Of a stretch of DNA of 64,000 nt, positions 28,713 to 42,237 are shown piece after piece. The notes beneath the pieces were generated by a model that did not search any database, was not told where the DNA came from, and saw nothing but the letters and a program-made list of their open reading frames with translations. Every line of letters begins with the position of its first letter. Within the stretch, counting starts at the first letter, position 1. This DNA is from Heptranchias perlo (lineage: Eukaryota): assembly GCF_035084215.1 (NCBI RefSeq), contig NC_090358.1, forward strand, positions 14,322,001 through 14,386,000, in the 5' to 3' direction. The position numbers and the translations under genes are program-made.

Positions 28713-30341
28713 GAGGAGAACAAAAAGGTCAAATAAGGTTATAGTCTCTCTCTCCCTCTGTGTTTCTGTCTCTGGAACAGTAAATAAACACATGACTACA
28801 TAGTGAATAAATTTTAAAAATTCCTAATATCGCCACAGTTCGAAAGTTCATGCTTTACGATGTTTTCCTGTTTTGAAACAAGTGGTTTACTTTTAAGCCT
28901 TAAAAATGCATTGCTCTCAGCACTTTTGTGTCACTGAGCAAGTGAGTGGGGTGGGTCTTCCTCTGTGACTGAGCAGTCTTGCTGTGATTCATTTTTTAAA
29001 AAAATCTAAAATTTACCTCAGAAAAGATTATTTGTATGCCTGAAAAGTCCTGAAATTCATGTTTTAGTTGTTTAAGTTAATTTTTTTTAAAAATCAATTA
29101 TCACACACTTGTATGCGTTTTCACTTGACTGCAATGGGGGAGATCTTATCAACATCAAGTCCTCTGATGACCAGTCTTGCTGTTAGTCATAAATTCCGCT
29201 ATTTACTTCAAGAAAGATCATTTATGTCAGTGAAAAGCATATTGAAAATATACCATCCAGTGACATAAGGGCCAAGACTACTAACCTGACTTCCATAGGC
29301 TGCATCAGAGGTATTTCTCATATATTGCCCACTTCCCACTGTCTCCTTTTATATATCATGGCACAAATCCATTTTTAAAGTCCTAATTTCAAAATGTGTT
29401 TTTAAAAAATGCATTGACTCCATCTGGTGGGCATTGTGCATTAGTGGTTACATTTATTGGCATCATATTTGACCTCTTGAAACATTCTTTTCGAATTGTA
29501 ACATATGTATGTATATTTCTTTAATTAAGTTCACGGCGCCATGTTATCATTTATCCATCTGTTGGGTAGAAGTTTTTTCCTGTACTAGGATGTAGGATTC
29601 TGCTTCTACATTTTAATATTTTTCTTTGCCTTTTAGTTGGTTAAGAATTCAATCATATTGTTGGAGTGATTGTTGTGATTATAAATGTTTATAAATTGGC
29701 ACTGTTCTGAATAATGAACAACATACATCTGAGAGGAGGAGAGAGAGTTTAGTGCATTATTCTTATCTTCTATTGTCCATTGCAGTAAATTAAACTGCTT
29801 TTCTGCACATCTTTTCCTCTTTGGTATGATAAGCATTCAAAAACATTTATTTGCTGTTGTATTAACTGAATATGCAATAATTAGGTTTTGTTTTTACTGT
29901 TCTGACTTCAGTTTGCAGCACTTCACTGATACATCCTAAAAAAAATTGATCAAGTTCTTTTTTTAGTTGGAGTGAAATCAAAATTGGTATTTAAATTGGT
30001 CACATTTTCCAAAGCAAACAATATTTTTCTTGGGTTCAGTGATTTAGCCCTCTCTCCTTATGGCCTGGAGTGTGACTTACTTTCCCAATTTCTAGCGTGA
30101 CCAGGGATTGAACAGAAAACCCTTGATATTGTATTTTGGCTTACTTGTTATAATATTTTTCTTAATTTTGGAAGGCACTTGATCATGGCTTCGGCGGATG
30201 TATTAACAGTAAATGGATGAGTGAACAGTAGCAATGACACACTGTGGATTATATAAAACAAAATACTACATGACACAAACAGCTTTCCATACTCCGTAGT
30301 TCACTGGGCTTTAGCAGGCATTCTACAACATGCTACAGCAA

Positions 30342-30432
30342 AGGGGAATGGGACTAACTAGATTGCTCTTACAAAGAACTGGTACAGGTACGATGGGCCA
30401 AATGGCCTCCTGTGTTGTAACCATTCTATGAA
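30342..30432 (+). mobile_element. CR1 3' terminal fragment
   Basis: Matches 55517-55606. Confidence 0.8.
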
Positions 30433-31644
30433 CATGACCACCCAACTGGGAAGGGTGAGGGCACCAGGAACAGCTAGTTGGAGTGTCACCCACCAGACCC
30501 TGCATGTTGAGTCTTCCCCGAACCATTCCTTGCACGGTTGTTAGTAATTCACCTTGCAATCATCCGTGCTGCACTCTGTCCTCTCCCAAGTTCATAAAAG
30601 TGTCATATCAGGGATTCTGTTAGAGTGTAGTTTAATTCCAAGCTCAGCTAAAATTTAAAACTAGTCAAGCATTTGTGATGCAATCTGCACAACTTCATTA
30701 CACTTATTCCTGGAAAGTATACCCTGTAACTATAGGAAAGTTCTAATTTGAACTTGTTAACATGAAATGAAAAGGAATAACTTTACATTGAAAAAAAAAT
30801 TACATACAACAGCTCAGTCTTTGCTACCAGAATTCCATTTCCATTGTTTTGGTTAGGCCACCTGTATCAAACTGATTTGCCTAATTCACACATTGTTGCA
30901 TATTGATTAAGGGAATGTCTCTGAATTGTATACACAAACGGCTGTGAAATACTGACACTTACTGCAATAAAGCAATATCTATAAATGCCCATTGTAACTC
31001 AGTACAGCGGTGATGCAATAAATGCACAGTGCAGTTAAATGTAAGTACAGTTAAAGCTTGACCTTTGCAATGTTCAGGTTTGATAAGAGTTTGACCCTAG
31101 TGCATAAAATTTGCCAAGTAGTAGTATAAGGGAGTAATATTAGCTATATCTTCAAAACAGATTCCAACGGTGGTAGACCTAATCTGAGTGGACAATGTTT
31201 CCTTTCAAAATAGAATAAACAAGATGAAAATTCGAATGTTCGTTACCTATTTCCCCCTCCTTATTACTTGGTGTGTTCCGTGCCCCCGAGAGTCCAACTG
31301 CCAGAACGGTGAAGAAGAAAAATATCTTAGTTCAGGTCAATGCAGCAGATGCACAAGATGATGGGATTTGTTTTTGCTGTGTGTTGAATTGGTGTGAAAG
31401 TATATAAAACAGTAACGGTTATCAGCACTTGCTGCCAGTAAAATAAAATGTATGTGACCATAGAAGTTACAATACATTGTAAGTAACAGTAATGAGAACT
31501 ATAGCTGCCATTTGTAGGCTTCATAGTTAATGTGCTTGTAAGTATTTCCACTCTGCTCATGTTGTTACAGTAGTTATTCTTTGCTTGTCATCATATAGTT
31601 GCGATCGAAGCTTTGCGAATGACATATTGTTTGCAAGATTCATA

Positions 31645-32260
31645 GAGGGTGAAACTGGGCCTCTTTGCGCCCATTTTCCAGGTAGGAAAACAAGTGCAAA
31701 GAGGTCCAATTTAGAGGGCCAAACCTCCTGCGCCTGAACAGCATCAGGAGCATTTCTGACACTATATTGGCTCGGGCGCTATAGAGGTGACCCTGGCAGG
31801 TGTTAGGCCCCTTGAATATGCTAACAATGAGCCTAAAGCCTGTTTTAGAACTCAAACCCGAAATTGGTTTGCCCCGAGTCTGCTACATTCAGGATTACCT
31901 GTTGGCCTAAACAGCGGCCCTTAAAGGGATCACTGGAGGCCACCACCAAAAAGGTAAGTTTAAAAAAAATCTTGCCTTAATGTGGAGGCAAAAGGAGCAG
32001 GAGATTCCCTCCTGGTTCCACATTTAAACTGCGGGCCACAGCCATCCACCGCTTAATGCTCCCCTCCCCATGACCTGTATGGTATTAATTAGGACGACGG
32101 GCCCAGCCCACTATGGCCCAGAAATTGGAAACCGGGATGTAATCCGCGAGCAGACTGTGCTGCAAGAGCTTAACGAAGCCGGCAGCAGGACCCAGGCTTG
32201 TCGGCATACATGTGGAAACTGACGCCATGTCTTGAGATGATGTCACCAAGGGGCCAAGAA
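31645..32260. mobile_element. GC/CpG-rich non-autonomous DNA transposon remnant (possibly Harbinger-like)
   Basis: Abrupt GC-rich block with a subterminal hairpin (cctctttgcgc..ttttcc / ggaaaa..gtgcaaagagg). Composition resembles 38707-38950. No clean TIR pair. Confidence 0.4.
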
Positions 32261-32643
32261 TTGATCTTTGGGGGACTCGATAAATGGTGCAATGGCGGAA
32301 AGAGAAGCCATTGCCATTAGAAAAGACTTATCACAATGATCAACTACATTATTGATATTAAAATGTCCCCTGAGACATTTAAACTTGTAGATGCGATAAA
32401 GTCTGGAGCAAAATGTATTTTAGAAACGTCATGATGGAAGGCATTAACATTGGCATTAAAAGCTGAACCAGTGCATGCCAACCATTTATATTTTTAATGT
32501 TGTTATAGATGCCCTGTGGTCAAAGGGTGCTTATCGGCACTAACTTGCTATTCATTTACAATTTAATATTAATCAGAAAATTCTGCAGTAATTGTTAATT
32601 ATGTTTGAATATCATGGAATAATTGTGTTTTATGTTCTTTCAG

Positions 32644-32757
32644 AATAACCGCATCAAAACCTCCAAATACAACGTTGTCACATTTTTGCCTATTAACTTG
32701 TTTGAGCAGTTCCAGCGGGTTGCCAATGCGTACTTTTTGTTCCTGTTGATTTTACAG
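32644..32757 (+). CDS. ATP8B4: ATP8B4-like coding exon, [38 protein letters not shown]
   Basis: tttcag acceptor; CAG|gtatgt donor; 114 nt, phase 0. Contains the P4-ATPase TSKY and LFEQF motifs and TM1. FQRVANAY resembles ATP8B4. Confidence 0.95.
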
Positions 32758-34281
32758 GTATGTATTTTAAAATAAAGTACAAAAGAACAGGAGTGAAACA
32801 CATTTGTGATTGGCATCAAGTGGCAGTAGTTACACACAACCTGGAGCTTACCCTACATTTCCTTGACAACGTGGGGGTGAAGTATTCAATAAAACTTTTA
32901 TTAAATATCAGAAGTGAAATAATTCCATTTAATGGAGCAAGCTCTTGATTGTGTTAACATCAGTTTTAGTGATTTCTAGAGTTTATAGCGTGTTTGTGAT
33001 TCCTACAGTTTATATATAGTGTGTTAAATTGAACTTGACAAATAATTACACTTTACCTTTTGGGATTAGCATGCCCACCATCCCTTGTGAAATAAGTGGC
33101 TTAGCATGTGAGGTGATTAATTATCATTGAGCCTGATCTTAGAGTCCATTTATATGTGCTCAGCCTTCAATGGGCACTTGACATGTGAGCAGTACTCTCT
33201 CCACTTTCGGCCAGTTTGCACTGAAGCTTAGTTTTTGAAGGTATATAGGAATGTAAATTATCCAGAATAAAGCAATTAAATTGGATTTTAAAAAAAGAAC
33301 AGGGAACGCACCATTTTTATTCTCTACATTACAAATTACCCCCAATTTGTTTTCAGCGGTCCCTGTGCACCAACCTAGGGAGTGCAGAAACCAGGTGCTG
33401 AAAAGGGCAGAAATTGAAATGAAGGTGGGGGGGTAATAGTGACAGTTTTAACTGGCTGGATTTCAGGAGTGGAGCCTCCATGCACACTTAATATCTAGGA
33501 CTCTGAATTGGTTTGAGTGGGCCTTGTTCTATTCAGAGTTCAAGGTCATCAGCATGTGAACTTGGTATGTTTTTCAAAGACTGAACGTGGCATCAATTTT
33601 AGGGAAATATTGAAGACAAAGTTGGAAAATATATATGTATATATATGAGTTAAAAGAACAAATTTAAGAAGATATATTTTTGCAACTTTGGATTAATAAG
33701 TGAAAAGTGTAATGTCATTTCTATTTGTTCATAAGAGTTTAAAAATTCACAAGCTGTAATTTTTTTCTAAGTTCAATTTTCATTTCACCAGTTTCAAGTT
33801 TCCCTTCTGTTACTTGATTGTAGTCACTTTTCGTTTGCTAAAATTACAGTCTAGTCTTAGTTTGGAGTCACTTCAAATTATTAGCTATTTTATTTTTTAA
33901 GCACAAAAAACCTTTGAATTATCTGGTGGGACTATATTTGGCATTGACTAAATTAACATTTTATATTCAGGATAATGATCTTGAGCGCTAACATTCAGGA
34001 GTAGTGAAAATGTACTGCTGTTCAAAATATGTGTTGTAAAAATATGTATGCACTACTGTTCAGTCACTTAATTCAGAATATTGGATAATTAATTTTTTAA
34101 TACTTAACAAAAAAAATCTGTGCTGTTATTTGCATTGCTTAATTCAAATCACTAGATTTTTTTTTGTGTAAGAAATGACTGAATCATCAGGAGTAAGTTG
34201 AGCTAAATTTCCTAAGTATACGCTTGTGAATTGTTTAACTTAATTCTCATTGACGAAATCTTGAATTGTTTTTTGTTTCAG

Positions 34282-34380
34282 CTGATCCCTCATATCTCCT
34301 CCCTGTCCTGGTTTACCACTATAGTGCCTTTAGTGTTGGTGTTAACTATCACTGCAGTCAAAGATGCTACAGATGACTTT
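34282..34380 (+). CDS. ATP8B4: ATP8B4-like coding exon, LIPHISSLSWFTTIVPLVLVLTITAVKDATDDF (TM2)
   Basis: tttcag acceptor; gtaagt donor; 99 nt. Lies inside track ORF 34231..34425. Confidence 0.95.
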
Positions 34381-35481
34381 GTAAGTACTAAGTTAATTTT
34401 AGACCTGGTAATTGAACAGAATTAGGAGGTACAGTTACGCTAGTTTATATTTGCAGCTGGCGACACCCGAGGTTAGAGACACCCAGAGAAACACTCTCCA
34501 GGACGAGCTTTTTGCCCATTGGCACCAGCACCAGTTTGTTTACTTCACTTCTGCTCTGAGTTAATCTTATCAACTAAATGGGATATGAAATGATTTGATG
34601 ATACAAGGGCATCATACACTCTTCTGTTTTATGAATGATATGAAACAGAAATGGCCAACCTTTCAGAGCATAAGAGCCAGGAAAAAAAATGAATGCGCCA
34701 AGAGCTCAAGTGTTTGAGCCCATTTAGGTTACAGCTCAGGTTCTGGGAGAGCCGACAGTGGGGTTTGCGAAGAGGCTGCTGCAATTTTGAGGCCCCAGCC
34801 TCAATTCAGCAGGCGAGCTGCGGAGCACCAAACAGGCATCCTGATGCAGCACGCTAGATTGTAGCCTGAAACACTTGCCTTTAACTGTCTTCCGTTCCAT
34901 CGCCTGCACAGGCTTCAACCAGTTCTGGCCAAAAATGGCAATCGGGGTCCTATTTGCATCATAGGACCCTGATATCCATATTCAATGGGCCTATTGCCTG
35001 AAACAGGCAAGCGCTTCAGACACCTGGTGGTCGGCCCCTTTCAAATTAAGCTGGCCGCATTGCCGGTGTAAGGCTACTGACCCCATGTTGAGGCCGTTGA
35101 CCCCAGACGAAGTCAGTGAAAATCAATCCCAATGAGTCTCCATTGCCACTGGATGTACAGATGGCACAGTAACCTAGTGGTTACAGTAGTGGACTAGCAG
35201 CTGAGAGTTCAGATCCATCTACAGCAAGTTGGGGAATTGAATTCAATAAATCTGCTAATTTGTAGGCTAATACGTTGACAACACTCACCGGCAGAAAGTG
35301 AGGTGATTGGACGGCTGCAAGAAAATAACTTACCTTAATTAGTAAACCATTCAACAAAGGCCTGGTAATGAAAATTTAGCAATGGGAAATTTTTAAAAAA
35401 GAAATCCCTGTTCTTATCAAAAAAAACTCTCACACAAAAGCTGTTAGTGGACATTTACAATTATTCTTTTTTACTTTTTAG

Positions 35482-35543
35482 TTTCGCTATAAGAGTGATA
35501 ATCAGGTCAACAACCGACAGTCTCAGGTGCTCATCGGTGGCAA
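35482..35543 (+). CDS. ATP8B4: ATP8B4-like coding exon, FRYKSDNQVNNRQSQVLIGG(K)
   Basis: tttttag acceptor; gtaagt donor; 62 nt, phase 0 to 2. Conserved SDNQVNNR. Confidence 0.95.
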
Positions 35544-37188
35544 GTAAGTGCAATATAAATTTTCAACGTACGAAGCTCATTATGGGCTGAATGGCTTCCT
35601 CCTGTACTGAGGTTTCTATGATAGGTTGCTATTTGAAATTTCCAAAGCTAGTATTGTATATGCATTTTTAAAATATGGGAATGTAAAGTTAACTTGCTTT
35701 GCTTAAGGTTCTGTCTTTCCATTTGACTATTGTGACAGTTAATAATTTTGTTTGAAGATGTGAATGAAACAATGAGAAACCTTCAGCAAGGCTGAAACAT
35801 TTTTTTCCTTCCCATCAAAAAATAATCAACATCACACTGATTAACTTTCAGATAGCCTTATGGTTAAACACATAACTTCCATGTTAATAGGATATATTTG
35901 ATAAGGCTGTATATGATTATATCCTGTCATTAAAGCACTTAAAGGACAATATTGGCATATAGAGACCAATAAGTACACTAATTGCAGAAAACTGGGAACC
36001 AATGCCAAGTGACTAGATTCCAGAAGACACTCTGCCTGCTGTGTATACCACATTGCCCAGTGGCTTATGCTGTTTTTGACTAGTTTTGGATCAGGTCCCA
36101 AGCTGGGCCAAAATTCTAGCCCATATTGAATTGAAAGGAGCTGTTCCCTGATGCACATTGTGCCTCCCTATAATCTCACAATAATGGAGCAATTCACATG
36201 GGAATGAGTCTGGAATTGGCAGTTCTCCATTGAGAAGAAAACTGGACAATATATTTTAAAGAATAACAAGCAGATATGTTACCATCATTTTTCCATATGG
36301 ACATTAGGGAAGTGCTACCCTTTCACTTACAAGCAAAAGAAAATGTAAGCTAATTTATTCACTGACCAAATAATATCACTGATGGGTCCCTACCCCTTGC
36401 ATTCCTTTGTCTTTGGCATCTATGTACTTTTTCCATCAAAGTGCAGTTTTTAAGATAATTTACAAGGCTCCTGAGCCCAAGAAACATCTATATCTGGCAG
36501 TTGCTATAAACAAGACGTACAAGGGTGATGTGATAAAGGACAGCCCTCGTTTGACATCTGCTTCACACAAGTGGAATGGAATGGAATCTGTTTACTGGCC
36601 TTGTGGGCACTCTTTCGAACCAAGTTTTGTTTGTTTCTCAAGTGCCTGTTAAGTTTAGGTAAACATCAGTTGTATTAAATAGACATTTACCAAGTTATTT
36701 CCCATTCCCATTTTTGCTGCACTGGTGATTGTTTGCTTTCTATTTATGTATCATTGCAGTTTAATTATTTTTCCCCCAATGCATTTCAAGTAATTTTAAC
36801 ATAGGTGTTCTTGATTAAAGGAGGGCAGGTAATTGGAATATTTTCACCTACAATCATGGAATTTAGAGCACAGAGGGAGGCTGTTCAGCCCATTGTGCTA
36901 TCTAGTCTAATCCCATTTCTCCTGCCTTTTCCCTATATACTTTCATATTTTTGCAAATACCTATTCAATTCCCTTTTAAATTATGTAGTCTCTGACTCAA
37001 AAGCCGCTTATGTTAAAGCATAACTCTGTTTGATTCTTCTAATTCCCCCATTTGTAATAATCGTGACTCTATGCCACAGTGTATTCACCCTCTTCTATCT
37101 TCTAATTAGAGCTTTATGTTTTTCAAATGCTGCATTTTTTCTTGCATGGTCCCCGATGGGCGATTTCTGAAACTGCTACTTAATTTGT

Positions 37189-37345
37189 ACAGAAAGTGTT
37201 AGAAATACACAGCACTTCAGTCAATATCTCAGAAAAAGAGGGGTCAACATTTTGGTATAATCCCTCATCGGTGAGTTCTGATGAAAGGTCCCACCTGAAC
37301 TTCTTTCAGACACTGGCTGACCCTCCCTGGTGTATTTCCTGTTAC
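37189..37345. mobile_element. Old palindromic PLE-derived remnant with degenerate hammerhead cores
   Basis: + strand CTGATGA-A-AGGT-ccc-ACCT-GAAC at 37278-37300, and a degenerate mirror core at 37245-37271. Outer arms gaaatacaca / tgtatttc. Confidence 0.55.
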
Positions 37346-38289
37346 TAGTGTCACACAGCACTTCCCTGAATCATCACGGTAGCAACAGATTTACAGATTA
37401 GATACATTAGAAAACCATTGGAATCCAAAAAGGAACATTTGAGGTTGAGCCCCATTAAAAACACAACATTGATTGTAAATTTTGCAGCATTTTAGTTTTA
37501 CCAAGGCAAATATTACGACACAGTCATCACAAAACAAATTCGTCAGTTGGAGGTTATAAATTAATACTGCCAAAAATTGATGGATCAAGATTGGAATCGA
37601 GGCCATTGCAGCTAAAAATATATATATGTCACAAATGCGATTGGCCGCCATGAGGGCAGGTTAAATTTGGTCTCTACTTGATCAAGCTTTCTCTACACAG
37701 AAATAAACTTTCCTTTCAGAGGCTTAGTATTGCAATAGTGGATTCAGTTGCTTTTGTGCACTGTTTTTAGCACACCAACTAACATTTCCTGTTTATCACA
37801 ACTGGTGTAAAAGATAACACAACAGAAGATACAATCAAACATCTTAATAAAAACATGTAGCTGTAATAGAAATAATGCACTCGACAGATGTTCATTTATC
37901 ACTGTGAAATCCCAGTTAATACTTGACTTTTCCTCTCTCAAAGTGTGCTCCAGTGCAGCAAAATCCACACTTAATGTTCACCACCTCGTTTGTCACAGAT
38001 TATTTTTGACATCATTAGAGTTTCCAGCTACCTAGAAGAGATCTGTTCAATGGAAAATAAATTTGATTTAGCCACATATTATGACCTTTCAACCACACAA
38101 AGCTAGAAAGACAACAGTAAATTAATAGAAAATATTGCTGGAAGATGACAATTTGTCACTGTGACCAGCCCAGGATACAGTAAAATATATATCATACTGT
38201 ATTTTTGTCCTTTGTGAGAAACTTCTTGTAGAGAAAGGTGAATTGTATGTTTTTTATATCAAGGACCATAATATGTTGTATTATTTTGT

Positions 38290-38585
38290 GTTCATGGGAT
38301 GTGGGCAACACTGATATCCTTAGTTGCCCTGAGAGTATTAAGAATCAACCATGCAGTGTGGGACTGGAGTCACATGTAGATGAGACCAGATAGGGCAAAT
38401 AAGTCTCTCCTTGAAGGACATTAGTGACACAGTTGTTTTTTTTTAAACAACCATCTGGCAACTTTCATGGTTACTTTTCTGGTGCTAAATTAGGAGATTT
38501 ATTGAATTCTAATTCTCAATTTAGAATGGTGGGATTTGAAATCATGACCGCTGATCCAGTATCATAATCAATAGGCTGAGGTACT
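38290..38585 (-). mobile_element. HE1/V-SINE-like element
   Basis: Reverse-complement homologue of 40406-40776. Confidence 0.78.
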
Positions 38586-38706
38586 CCATAAAGGACAATA
38601 CCACTGGAGAGTTTGCTTTATTTTCTGGTTTAAAAAAGTGAGTCACGAACACTCTTAATCTTTCATACAGAAAATGTTATGTTTTTATATTTCCATTAAA
38701 CACCAT

Positions 38707-40358
38707 GGGGGAAAAATTGGATAAGGGCCGTTTTTGGGCGTGAGTAGCGAGATGTGCTATCACCCCACGCCCAATGACCCCTGCGCAGGCAGAATGCAAG
38801 TTTCGGCCAGCAGGAGGACTCCCCTGCATTCAGCATTCCATTCTGGGCCTTGCATGTGGAATCAATGCAATTTGCAATTTGCACCACTAGGGGAGCTCAA
38901 TCTCTTAAAGGAAGGCTGTTTCTTCGAAATCTCTTAAAGGTAGCTGGTATCTGTTATTTGCTGAAAATAACTGTCTGCATGGAATCTGAATGGAGATCAG
39001 ACATCACACACATAAAACACAGTTGCAGGCCCCATTCTTATGTTTACACACTGAGTTATGTTAAAATATTGAATAAAGGTTGCACACTACTAAATTCCAT
39101 ATTCTCCAATCTGCACGCCAGACCTCACCAATCTGCTGTTCTGAGTTGGTACCAGGCCTGCGAGAGTGTGTACAGCAAGGTTCTCTGCTGATGCACTAGA
39201 GACCTTGGTGCAAGAGGTAGACAGAAGGAGGGACATCCTATATCTACAGCGGGAGGGGCGGGGTGGGGAAACAAGAGGCCCTCCAGACATATATCCAAAA
39301 GGCAGTGGGGGACAAAGTCAACGCCAGGCACACAGCATCACGAACATGGATGCAGCGCAGGAAGAAGTTCAATGTTTTGACATGAGTGGTCAAGTTGTGT
39401 GAGGTCAACTGTCAAATGGCGTCTCCTACCAACTGCACCACGCACTACACACCCCCCATCACCCACATACCAACAAACTCTTTCCATCTGTACTCAACTC
39501 TTCCAACCAGATGCTTCCTCTCACCCTTACACAGTACCACTGTTTCAAGCCGCCCACCAACAACTCAGGCCACACACACTAGCTATTCAACCATGACAGG
39601 CACATCACCCAGACACACGTCCCTCTTTCTTGCAGGAGAAGGTGGTGCATATCAGGAGGCAGCAAGTGGCAGTGGCATTTAGGCCCTCGAGCCTGTTCCA
39701 CCATTCAGTGGTGGACCTGTGACCTAATTCAATGTACCTGACTTAGCCCCATATCCCTTAATACCCTTGGTTCACAGAAATCTATCCATCTCAGATTTAA
39801 CATGCACAAGTGAGCTAGCATTAACTGCCATCTGCAGAAGAGCGTTCCAAATGTCTCCCACCCTTTGCGTGTAGAAGCATTTCCTAACTTCACTCCTGCA
39901 CATCCTGGCTCTAAATGTTAGGCTATGTCCCCACATCCTAGTATTCAAGTCTAGGAGACCTCCAAAAACAGTTACAAATGTCTCGGCAGCCAGAGGCAAT
40001 AATCCAGCCACTAACCTGTAAATCCTGCATGGTCCCTTTCAATAGCGCTGGTTGGGGTCCTCCAGGCACTCTAAGATATGTTCAGATGGTCAGGGTTAAG
40101 ACTGTGTGTAGAGTTGAGTGTTAAGTCCCAAAATGGTGTCCATCACTTTAAATCAGCATTGCACACTGAAGCCATTTTCTCCCTACTTTACATGATTCCA
40201 GCACTCGTTATCTGCACCTGCGTTAACTCCTATACCAAGATGGTGTCCGGCGCATGTCGCACTGGAAACGTACGTGCACATCCAAGACACCATCTTGGAT
40301 GTCAGAAAGGCCGTGTTGCGCCAAAACAACGGGCGCTACGCGGCCCAATTAACGTCCC
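38707..40358 (+). mobile_element. Harbinger-like transposon derivative with a Myb/SANT-like pseudo-ORF and a nested CR1 fragment
   Basis: Imperfect termini gggggaaaaattgg / ccaattaacgtccc. Peptides ARFSADALETLVQEVDRRRDIL and RTWMQRRKKFNVLT*VVK, then after a cttgcag acceptor EKVVHIRRQQ. Confidence 0.72.
39676..39950 (-). mobile_element. CR1 3' fragment nested in the Harbinger-like element
   Basis: Track ORF 39772..40011(-): GHSL..RKCFYTQRVGDIWNAL..KSEMDRFL. Confidence 0.85.
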
Positions 40359-40405
40359 ATATTTTGTAAAGATGACATCATCTAAATTCTATCCTGGGTT
40401 ATATA

Positions 40406-40776
40406 GGGACAACAGCGTAATGGTTATGGACTAGTTATCCAAAGGCCTAGACTAATAATCCAGACAACATGAGTTGAAATCCCACCATGGCAGTTTGAGA
40501 ATTTGAGTTCAGTTTAAACAATCCGGAAATAAAAAGCTGTCGAATTGTCTTAAAAACCTAACTGGTTCATTAATGTCCTTTAGGGAAGGAAATCTGCTGT
40601 CCTTACCCAGTCTGGCCTACATGTGAGTCCCAGTCCCGCACCGATGTGGTTGATTCTTAACTGCCCTCTGAAGTGGCCTAGCAAGCAACTCTGTTGTATC
40701 ACTACCTTCTCAGGGCAACTAGGGATGGGCAATAAATGCTGGCCTTGCTGGTGACACCCACATCCCAAGAATGACA
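40406..40776 (+). mobile_element. HE1/V-SINE-like element
   Basis: tRNA-like head, V-domain-like core (aatgtcctttagggaaggaaatctgc..tctggcctacatgtga..tgtggttgattcttaactgccctctg) and LINE-derived tail gggcaataaatgctggcc..cacatccca. Confidence 0.82.
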
Positions 40777-41750
40777 TTGACTGTAAATCATAAGTGACTG
40801 TTATCAGGTCAGAATATTTCTAGGTTGTGCACCTTGTTCTTTTTGTGTTGACTTTACGCTGCTTTCAAATTTAAGGTCAGCGGAATTCCACCAAAGGTTT
40901 AACCTTTGAAATTTGGTAGGTTGATTAGAACTCTTAGCAAAATGCAATCAGATATTTACAGGGTTAGTTCTGGGTAAACAAGAAAGACAGACTTGTATAC
41001 TCCATGGGTGGAAACAGCTGAATAAATACTTAAATCTAATTGTTGAAAGTGCAGCTGTTGAGGGACTAGGGTTTGTGAAGCATAAGGATCCCAAAAGTAC
41101 AGCAGAATTTCAGGTATGTTATAGTATTCAAAGTTATCATCCTAACCTCCAAGGATATGGTTTAATTGGGACTAGTTTGGGATACAGTTATACCAATGCT
41201 ATGCATCTGCTATTCTGGTCCCATAGCTCTGGATAAAAGTTTAGCTATCTGGCAACTTTCAGAATTAGAGTGGTGGAATTGTAGGCCACTAGGAACCTTG
41301 AGTAGGTAATCTATGATACAATGATTAAGCAAACCTAATTCCACAGAGAGGGAGACTCAATTACAAATTTCATAGGAGTATTAATTGCGTTTCTGTGTGT
41401 CCACCCACATATTTGACAATGAATCTTAAAACGTTATAATATAGTGCAGAGTTATTATTTGTTTAATTATGTTGGACACTTGAGAGAGAATGTGCCTTTT
41501 CAGAATTGCACGTTAATTTGCTCTGACATTTCAAGCAGAGATTTGATTGCATCAGTTTGTGACCTTCTCATGAATTACACTGATGAAGAATCAATGAGAT
41601 TATTAGGTTTGAGTGGTCTCGCTTCAACTGTAGTTGGTACAGGTTCAAGGCAAAGAACTGCCCATGTTTTAGCACTAATTGGCACTAAAATTGTCAGTGT
41701 CACTCAGGCCAAAACGATGACTTGTGTAGTAGGTAGAAATCCAGATTAAG

Positions 41751-41990
41751 GGACTGGGTGGCACAGTGGTTAGTGCACCGGCCTTTCATCTCTGGAATCT
41801 ACGTTCAAATCCAGCCCACATTGTTGGGATGAAGTACCTTGTTTGTTTGCTGATTGTAAGGAAATGAGTTTGGACGTCTCAATCCATTTCCTACTGGGGA
41901 TGATCCCACAGTACAAAACTGCTGCTAATTTGGCACTAACTTGGCAATCACACTCTGAGTGGGTACAGGATTGTTTGTGTTGGAAATAGA
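41751..41990 (+). mobile_element. LF-SINE-related tRNA-derived SINE
   Basis: ggactgggtggc..gcctttcatctctgg..ttcaaatccagccca..gaaatgagtt..tctcaatccatttcctactgg..acaaaac..ttggcactaa follows the recalled LF-SINE consensus in order. Confidence 0.68.
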
Positions 41991-42237
41991 ATAAATGTCA
42001 CTGATCCAGCAGGGATTTTTTTTTTGGAGGTTTTGGGCCTGGGGTGTGCAGTTAGATCAGAGCATGGGGAGTTTTACCCAGTCTGGCTTGGCGCTGACAT
42101 TGGATGTTTGAAATAGCAAGTATTCCATTTCCCAGTACTAATGAGCACAAATATGTACACAGTCATTTTTTAAAAAGAAGCAAAGGACAGACCAGTGCAG
42201 TAAGTGGTTCTCTTCAGAATGTAAAGCTGTATAGGCT

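Noticed and set aside
34690-35131. GC-rich block as a CpG-island promoter
   Set aside because: It is intronic and resembles the other GC-rich transposon remnants in the window. I could not define termini well enough to call it.
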